This document shows, piece by piece, positions 55,021 through 64,000 of a DNA stretch of 64,000 nt (within the stretch, counting starts at the first letter, position 1; each line of letters begins with the position of its first letter). Position numbers and translations under genes: made by a program. Below the pieces are notes generated by a model that was not told where the DNA came from, did not search any database, and was given only the letters and a program-made list of their open reading frames with translations. This stretch comes from Tubulanus polymorphus (Eukaryota; Animalia; Nemertea): assembly GCF_964204645.1 (NCBI RefSeq), contig NW_027437457.1, positions 1-64,000 of the forward strand. The letters run 5' to 3'.

Positions 55021-58000
55021 TTACAAGTTAAAATCATATTTTTGAAATAGTTTTCTGAATTCTGCAGCCATTTCTTTCTCTTCATCGATGGAATATTTAC
55101 AGTTTCTCCAATCAATTCTATCAGTCATATCCAGTATCTCAGCTCCCGCTAATACCTCTCTATATTCAATATAAATATTATCAATTAGTTTATTATTATG
55201 ATTAATATTAATCGAATCTGATTGGTCGACTACAAACCTTCCAAACTGTAGCGGAAACGATTTCTTTATTCGATGCAGTAATTTGTCACCAGAGGGCAGT
55301 TCTACGTAGAAGTAGGGGGCACCTTCGGGTACGATCTGTAAATCAGATGAATCTATTATTGAGCTGTAGAGGGGTGATAGGTGATAAATGATAAAAGGGG
55401 TGGTAGGTAATGGTTACCTGTTTGATGTCAGACATTTTCGGTATTTCGTGAAGTTCAAACGATGTTTGTTGAGATTGAGCGCAATCTAGAAAACTTTCCT
55501 TTAACTCATCACCAGCCGTCGATACAGGAATCGGTACAACCTACAGAATATACTAACTATATACACATCAACCCTACATCACCTCCTCCCACCCCTTCAC
55601 TATCTAATAGACTCACCGGCCGTCGATACAGGAATCGGTACAACCTACAGAATATACTAACTATATACACATCAACCCTACATCACCTCCTCCCACCCCT
55701 TCACTATCTAATAGACTCACCGGCCGTCGATACAGGAATCGGTACAACCTACAGAATATACTAACTATATACACATCAACCCTACATCACCTCCTCCCAC
55801 CCCTTCACTATCTAATAGACTCACCGGCCGTCGATACAGGAATCGGTACAACCTACAGAATATACTAACTATATACACATCAACCCTACATCACCTCCTC
55901 CCACCCCTTCACTATCTAATAGACTCACCGGCCGTCGATACAGGAATCGGTACAACCTACAGAATACACTAACTATATACACATCAACCCTACATCACCT
56001 CCTCCCACCCCTTCACTATCTAATAGACTCACCGGCCGTCGATACAGGAATCGGTACAACCTACAGAATATACTAACTATATACACATCAACCCTACATC
56101 ACCTCCTCCCACCCCTTCACTATCTAATAGACTCACCGGCCGTCGATACAGGAATCGGTACAACCTACAGAATACACTAACTATATACACATCAACCCTA
56201 CATCACCTCCTCCCACCCCTTCACTATCTAATAGACTCACCGGCCGTCGATACAGGAATCGGTACAACCTACAGAATATACTAACTATATACACATCAAC
56301 CCTACATCACCTCCTCCCACCCCTTCACTATCTAATAGACTCACCGGCCGTCGATACAGGAATCGGTACAACCTACAGAATACACTTACTATATACACAT
56401 CAACCCTACATCACCTCCTCCCACCCCTTCACTATCTAATAGACTCACCGGCCGTCGATACAGGAATCGGTACAACCTACAGAATATACTAACTATATAC
56501 ACATCAACCCTACATCACCTCCTCCCACCCCTTCACTATCTAATAGACTCACCGGCCGTCGATACAGGAATCGGTACAACCTACAGAATATACTAACTAT
56601 ATACACATCAACCCTACATCACCTCCTCCCACCCCTTCACTATCTAATAGACTCACCGGCCGTCGATACAGGAATCGGTACAACCTACAGAATACACTAA
56701 CTATATACAACCCTACATCACCTCCTCCCACCCCTTCACTATCTAATAGACTCACCTGTATTTGTAAATGTTGAGTTCTATAATTTCTCTCAAATGAAAC
56801 AATTTCTTTTTTTTCTTGTTTAAACATTTTTCTCAATGCTTTTTTATATCTGAATCAAACGGTTAAGGCATAACCCATAGCAACGATATCGTAACCCATA
56901 GCAACGATATCGTAACCCATAGCTACCCCTCAATAATCGATATTTATAATGGTAGTCAAGGATACGAGTTGATTTCATTAACGACATCGTCAGGAGCGCT
57001 GACTGTTGACTGATAATGACCAATAGGTAAAATCAGTACGTGATCGGGGACTAGTCCACCTTTAGCTAGTGCTAGATATACCTAAAAAACGGAAAACAGC
57101 AAGTCCAATATGGAGAGAACCAGTCCAATACAAAGATAGAACCAGTCCAATTATACTTACATTCTCACCAACACTGACAACTAAATGTTTTTCAACTTGA
57201 GGACTTCCTAAACAAAACCAACACGGTCCAGTGGGCTGAGCTGTAAATATAAACAACCAGCCCATTAGCTTAATACCAGGGGCCAGTTGCACAGTCGTGA
57301 CTTAAGTCCAAAAGTGGTCTTAAATCTGAAGACTGGTCTTAAGTTGTTAGATTGTCTATAGAACTAAGTTGGTCTTAGACTGGTCTTAAGTCTAAGCCAT
57401 GACTATGGAACCAGCCCCAGGAGCTAGTTTTATAATCTGGTATCATCTTTTTATCTTGGAACTATAAATTCAACCTCACACTCTATGTACCACTAAAATC
57501 ACTGATGGGCCGACTGTAATACAGTGACCTTGTCACTCACCTTGATGTTTTTTAACCGAACGACCTTGACCTCCTTGGTGTTGTTTTTTACGTTTTGTGT
57601 CTGGATTCTGTGATTTAGTATCGAAGAATACTGGATTAATCTCGGTAGTAGGTTGAGCTGTTGTAGGTTGAGTTGTAGGTTGAGGAGTATAAGGTCTCTC
57701 CGTGACGTCGTCAGGTTGTTTCGTTAATTCAGTTTGATCCATGCGACTCATTGGTTTTATACTAAACGCATATAAAAACTTGCGTTTCTCACGGTTACCG
57801 ACTGGAGCGAGCGCGATGTATCGAGTCACGTGATTGGTCGATTCCGATAGAATCTGATGATTCCTGAATTATTGAAACACATACAATAGATTCCTCGCTT
57901 GACTCTGATAATCCCGTGCCCTGCAAATCATGCCCCGGGAATTGATCATCTCGGACTGCGCCCGGAATTGATCATCTCGGACTGCGCCCGGAATTGATCA

Positions 58001-59951
58001 TCTCGGACTGCGCCCGGAATTGATCATCTCGGACTGCGCCGGAATCATTGTCTATGGTAGTTTATATACACACCTATAGGGGGCTCTCTCGTAGTGATAG
58101 CCTTCTAAACCGACAAAATGATATCTAGGTTTTAAAACAAGGCATAATTGTGAAATGGCTTCGGAACCGGAATCAATTGAAGAGAATTCGCCTTCCTGGA
58201 ATAAACAACAATACTGGTTACTAGAGACCTCGACTAAACCTTGACTAACACTAACAACAACAGTAGATTATATTACTTACTACAGGAGTAGAATATTTCT
58301 CTACATTTCTCGCCCATTGAGACGTCAACAATATATCAACTCCTTTAAATCTGCTATCGGTTGTCATGGGAACGATTAGTGATTGAATATCTTCATTGTT
58401 GAATTCTGCGTCTGTTTTGTTGATATCGTTATTGATTTTCTGTTTACCGCTTAAATACGCGATCTGTAAACCACTACTGCTTGTATATATACCAGTCTTA
58501 CCTATAATACAGTACACTGTTAGTATGGTGGACCGTCAGGGGCATGTTATATGATCGGTACGGTGTAGTGTAAGGTACATACCGAGGTAGGTTAAATTCG
58601 GACACAATTCACAACCGTTGATATCTTGATAATAAATACAGTTATCCATGTTACACGGTCCCAGAATATACGTCGGTATCGGAACTAAAAAATACATCAA
58701 TCAATATTCATCAATAATTCACTATTTCACAATCAGTAGAATATTGATATTATTTAAATACCTTTCTCTTTTCCGTTGATGTATGATTGAAATTGTTGGA
58801 TTGATTCGGCTCCGTTAAAAAACTCCCCGACACAAAGTAACATCTATAAAAAAAACAGCTCATTAGTGACAGGGGTCGGTAGACTGAGCCATACCGCGGG
58901 GAGGGATGACAGGGGTCGGTAGACTGTGCCATACTGCGGGGAGGGGTGACAGGGGTCGGTAGACTGTGCCATACCGCGGGGAGGGATGACAGGGGTCGGT
59001 AGACTGTGCCATACCGCGGGGAGGGATGACAGGGGTCGGTAGACTGTACCATACAGCGGGGAGGGATGACAGGGGTCGGTAGACTGTGCCATACCGCGGG
59101 GAGGGATGACAGGGGTCGGTAGACTGTGCCATACCGCGGGGAGGGATGACAGGGGTCGGTAGACTGTGCCATACCGCGGGGAGGGATGACAGGGGTCGGT
59201 AGACTGTGCCATACCGCGGGGAGGGATGACAGGGGTCGGTAGACTGAGCCATACCGCGGGGAGGGATGACAGGGGTCGGTAGACTGTGCCATACCACGGG
59301 GAGGGATGACAGGGGTCGGTAGACTGTGCCATACCGCGGGGAGAGATGACAGGGGTCGGTAGACTGTGCCATACCGCGGGGAGGGATGACAGGGGTCGGT
59401 AGACTGTGCCATACCGCGGGGAGGGATGACAGGGGTCGGTAGACTGAGCCATACCGCGGGGAGGGATGACAGGGGTCGGTAGACTGTGCCATACCGCGGG
59501 GAGGGATGACAGGGGTCGGTAGACTGAGCCATACCGCGGGGAGGGATGACAGGGGTCGGTAGACTGTGCCATACCGCGGGGAGGGAGGGGGCCTCCAGAG
59601 ACTGGCTCATACACTGAACTCTCGCTCAATTTTCTGACAGCGAACTTACATCGAATTGTCCATTCTTCTTTAGAACTGATCGAACTCTTGAGAATAAACT
59701 ATTGAATTTACCAACAACATCTCCAGCAACAAGTCTGCAAACAAACAATACAAAAATAATATCACCACTAACAGAAAGATTTATCTGAACTTGAAAAGTT
59801 CTGATATTGACAATAGACTGTTCACTGTTCTGTGCAGGGTTGAACGTTCAGGACTGAACACTTAACACCACTTAACACGGGCATCAGTTTCATGCATTTA
59901 ATAATTAGTTAATTAATGATTCAATTACATTTTTATAGAATCCGCACTCAT
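55021..59951 (-). CDS. CWF19L1: CWF19-like protein 1 (Drn1; debranching enzyme partner)
   Basis: [88 protein letters not shown]. Confidence 0.95.
55512..56756 (-). repeat. 104-nt tandem repeat = whole intron plus first 28 nt of next exon, about 12 copies
   Basis: Minus strand: GTGAGTC...TTCTGTAG|GTTGTACCGATTCCTGTATCGACGGCCG|GTGAGTC... Confidence 0.97.
57280..57417. mobile_element. Degenerate Harbinger-like MITE in CWF19L1 intron
   Basis: About 25-nt imperfect TIRs (GGGCCAGTTGCACAGTCGTGACTTA / TAAGCCATGACTATGGAACCAGCCC) with CAG duplication. Confidence 0.7.
58867..59586. repeat. 40-nt x18 minisatellite in CWF19L1 intron
   Basis: TGACAGGGGTCGGTAGACTGTGCCATACCGCGGGGAGGGA repeated. Confidence 0.96.
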
Positions 59952-61018
59952 TTTTCCGTTTTGAGTGCGCGACGACCTTGAGAATAGTTTAACTATTTTA
60001 CCAACATAAACCGATATAAGTTTAATTGAATTGACAAAATGTTTAAAATATTTTTTTAAATTTAAAGGTTAAATAGATTCATGAATATCGATTTGATATT
60101 GTAGCGAGGCTTAATTTTATAATTTCAAAAACATTCGAACTCATTTTTGTTTTATAATTGGGCGACGACCTTGAAAAATAATTTAACTATTTATCAACAT
60201 GTACCGTTATAATTTTATATATTTATACCGATTTCCTAACTAAATCACATATGTCGTCATCTTTCAAGAAATCGAATGTATCTTTCTAAATATGTAGTTT
60301 AATAAATAGATATATTTTTCGCTTGCTTACTTCTGCGTTCTAATACTTTTTGGTAATCCGGTCATGGCGGTAATTCGGATTTCCATAGTGTTAATCCGCT
60401 GCACCAAAATAGTTATTTTGAAAACCGTTAAATCTACTTAAATAATTCAGGAAACTAATTATTTTCATCATATTACTCCATTTTAGGACCCTTTTTAGAT
60501 ATTAATTCGTTTTATAGATGACATCTGATTGAGTTAGGTAATTGTTTACACTATCAGTGAACCCACGTGGTTTTCCTGGAACTGAACGAAAATAAACATT
60601 TTACCAAGTACCAAATAGGGTCGAATTTAAACTCTGTTCAACAGAAATAGAGTCATTTAATTGTAATAAAAAACTCATGTTGATTCAATAAATTTAAATC
60701 ATTAAGATAAGGTCTTTGTTTAAATGATGAGCAGCTGAATTTGTCGAGTAAATAAGGGTATATTTATTCGCCGTACATTCGGGCACCGGGTTCCATTCAA
60801 TGGACGCCATATTATTGTAAAAAAATACAATAAAAAAGCGTTTGAAAAGATTCAAAAAAATCGGCGCAGATTTGAAGCGGCGAAAGTTAGGAAAAACCGG
60901 TTCAATGTGACATGTTGAGAAGTGATATTTGAGATAAACGCTGTGTTTTGTCAGCGACTGATAATTGCGCGGTTTGTGATCGGGAGTAAGAGTCGAGAGA
61001 GGAGGTGATGTTGAAATA

Positions 61019-63939
61019 ATGGTTGATAGGAATTCTACAATAATTGATGAGGGAAATATCTTATCATCATCAACTGTAGCAGCGATAATGAATCAATCAC
61101 CGCCTCCATCAACGTCCGCCGCCACTGGTAAGTGAGGTTCGATATGGATTGTGGACTCTTCTCGGAGTCTCAGAGACTCCCGGCGGAGTCACCGGGAGAC
61201 AGTTTGATGATGATGTTGGTGTTTTTATTGTATTGTAGGTTTAGTAGTAACAGATAAACCTCAGACGCAAGTGTTCATTCCGTGCCGTGTTTGTGGTGAT
61301 AAAGCTTCTGGATATCATTATGGTGTAACGTCATGTGAGGGCTGTAAGGTATGTACCCCTCCTAGCACCCTCGCCCTGTACCCCCTCGCCCTGCACGCCT
61401 CCCTCTGCACCCCCTCCCCTGCACCCCCTTCCCTGTACCCCGGCCCGCCCTGTACCCCCTCCCCTGTACCCCTCGCCTGTACCCCCTCGCCTGTACCCCG
61501 GCCCGCCCTGTACCCCCTCGCCCTGCACGTCCCTCCCCTGCACCCCCTCCCCTGCACGTCCCTCCCTTGTACCCCCTCCCCTGTACCCCCTCCCCTGTAC
61601 GCCCCCCTCCTGCACGCCCCCCTCCTGCACGTCCCTCCCCTGTACCCCCTCCCCTGTACGCCCCCCTCCTGCACGCCCCCCTCCTGCACGTCCCTCCCCT
61701 GTACCCCCTCCCCTGCACCGCGACTATCTATATCCATTTTTCATGTTTTAACTATCATCTATTTGATATATTTCACAGGGATTTTTCCGTCGAAGCATCC
61801 AAAAACAGATTGAATATCGCTGTTTGAGAGATGGAAAATGTTTAGTAATTCGTCTAAATCGCAATAGGTGTCAGTACTGTCGGTTTAAAAAGTGTTTAGC
61901 AGTTGGAATGTCTCGAGATTGTAAGTTATTTGTTTTACTAGCCGTATGGGCGTGTCATTACATTGATTGACAGTTTTACCGCTGTACATTATGGGCGTGT
62001 CTATTTACATTGATTGACAGTCTATTTTGTTTACACATTATGGGCGTGTCTATTTACATTGATTGACAGTCTATTTTGTTTACACATTATGGGCGTGTCT
62101 ATTTACATTGATTGACAGTCTATTTTGTTTACAGCTGTGCGTTATGGGCGTGTACCTAAGCGTATAAAATGTCTGGAGGAACAGATGGTGGCGACACCTA
62201 CTGAGCAGCAGACAATTGAAGAGAAACATCAATTAGCTATTTATGATATAATACTAGGAGTTTCACAAGCGCATCACGCAAACTGTCATCTTACTGAGGA
62301 TAAATTAAAATCACTACAGAAAACACCTAAAGATCTGGTAAGATTTAATATCAATCTGCTCCCAGTAACCCCTCAGACAGACTGCTGTCTGTAGTCTGTA
62401 CCCTGCACCCCCTCAGACAGACTGCTGTCTGCACCCTGTACCCCTCACACCTGACATGTTTATGCTATTTATCTTTCAGTGTACGGTAAAATTAAAAGTA
62501 GAAGATTTTGAAGATTCGAGTTTGATGTCGATGATTTTAACGACTCAAAGAATAACAATGTGGGAAACAATCGCTACATTAATGACTCCGACAATACAAC
62601 AACTTGTAGAATTTGCTAAACGAGTTCCAGGTATCAATATCTCATTCCTCTCACTCTACTGCCTGAAATATATCAATCTCACTCACTATGTGATATATCA
62701 ATCTCACTCACTGTGTGATATATCAATCTCACTCACTCACTCACTCACTCACTATGTGATATATCAATCTCACTTATCGTACCCTGTGTGATATATCGAT
62801 TCTAATGTGTGATATATTTTGATTTTGATATATTTAGGATTCACTAATTTACCTCAAGATGATCAGTTGATATTGATAAAGACAGGATATTTTGAGATTT
62901 GGCTCGTTAGAATTGCGCGAATGGTGAATGTTAACAATACAACAGTTGTATTCAGTGACGGATCAATTGTCAACAGAAATCAATTGGATATTGTTTATTC
63001 CGTACGTATTTTACTGTTTACCGAGTCTCATAATTCTGCGGTTGCTCAAAAGTTGGTACAAGTTTAACCCGTAGATTGTTGATATTGTGATAATGAAATT
63101 GCGCTATATGACTTAATTCTATCTATTTATCCGATATTTCTATTTGAGCAACTGATCCCAGGATTTACTACTGTAGTCGATACTCACATGCCGCAGTGGG
63201 AATACTCACATGCCGCAGTGGGAATACTCACATGCCGCAGTGGGAATACTCACATGCCGCAGTGGGAATACTCACATGCCGCAGTGGGAATACTCACATG
63301 CCGCAGTAACACTATGATATTTGTCTATTTTCAGCCGGAACTCGTTCAGAGTTTGTTTGATTTTTCCCTTGCGTTTAATTATCTCAGACTCAGTGACACA
63401 GAAATCGGTTTATTTACAAGTATTGTTCTACTTACACCAGGTATTTAACTCCCTCTCCTCCTACCTCCCTCTCCTCCTTCCTACCTCCCTCTCCATCCCT
63501 TCCTACCTCCCTCTCCATCCCTTCCTACCTACCTCCCTTCCTAGCTCCCCCATTCATCCCTTCCTACCTCCCTCTCCCTTCCCTTCCTACCTCCCTCTGA
63601 TTTCCTTTCACTGATGCTGAGAGTGTTGTATATTTTGTAGATAGAATTGGTATCACTGATTGTAAAGGTGTCGAAGAAGTCCAAGATAAATTAATTGAAG
63701 CGTTAAAACTACAACTTTCTCGCAATCATTCGACTGAACCTCAATTATTCGCTAATTTACTGATGAAATTACCAGAACTGAGATCAATAGGAGCTCAACA
63801 TCATCAACTTATACATTACTATAGAGAAAACTGGTCTCATATGAAATTACCTCCTCTCTTCTCGGAGATATTCGATATTCCGAAAAATGACGATGATGGC
63901 GATGATGATACCAGTAATAATGAGGAGGAAAAGTCATAG
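61019..63939 (+). CDS. E78: Nuclear receptor E78 (NR1E1 / Eip78C-like)
   Basis: [64 protein letters not shown]...VRYGRVPKR matches E78. [22 protein letters not shown]; AF-2 LPPLFSEIF. Confidence 0.9.
61352..61718. repeat. C-rich minisatellite in E78 intron
   Basis: CCCTGTACCCCCTC-like units. Confidence 0.9.
61944..62153 (+). repeat. About 50-nt repeat spanning an E78 acceptor
   Basis: TTATGGGCGTGT (exonic) joined to TACATTGATTGACAGTCTATTTTGTTTACA (intronic), 4-5 copies. Confidence 0.88.
63180..63307. repeat. 21-nt x6 minisatellite
   Basis: ATACTCACATGCCGCAGTGGGA repeated. Confidence 0.92.
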
Positions 63940-64000
63940 ACTACGGACCAGTGAACTGTGGAGAGGGATATCGATTGTCGAGATCTGTATTCAATTAATT

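Overview
Gene-dense, AT-rich eukaryotic (metazoan) DNA with short GT-AG introns, many of them inflated by intron-specific minisatellites. An E78-type nuclear receptor and TTAGGG-like repeats suggest a non-vertebrate, non-arthropod bilaterian, possibly a lophotrochozoan (inference). Genes in order: TADA3 (+), ELOVL4/7-type elongase (-), VPS18 (+), an intronless class A GPCR (+), an intronless double beta-propeller protein (-), a SEC14/spectrin (SESTD1-like) gene (+), an uncharacterised gene (-), Pur-alpha (+), YIPF3 (+), RPS11 (+), CWF19L1 (-) and E78 (+). The most striking feature is a recurring class of tandem repeats whose unit spans a splice junction. These give 26 copies of a YIPF3 acceptor, 17 copies of an RPS11 acceptor and 11 fully flanked 28-nt pseudo-exons in CWF19L1, plus further arrays in which the decoy AG is lost. 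Other points of interest: a duplicated, probably mutually exclusive ELOVL exon pair; five symmetric cassette exons in Pur-alpha; a tRNA-headed element with telomere-like repeats; a high density of CTCF-like motifs, some within a triplicated 233-nt palindrome; and several MITEs. Exon boundaries were read by eye and may be off by a few bases.
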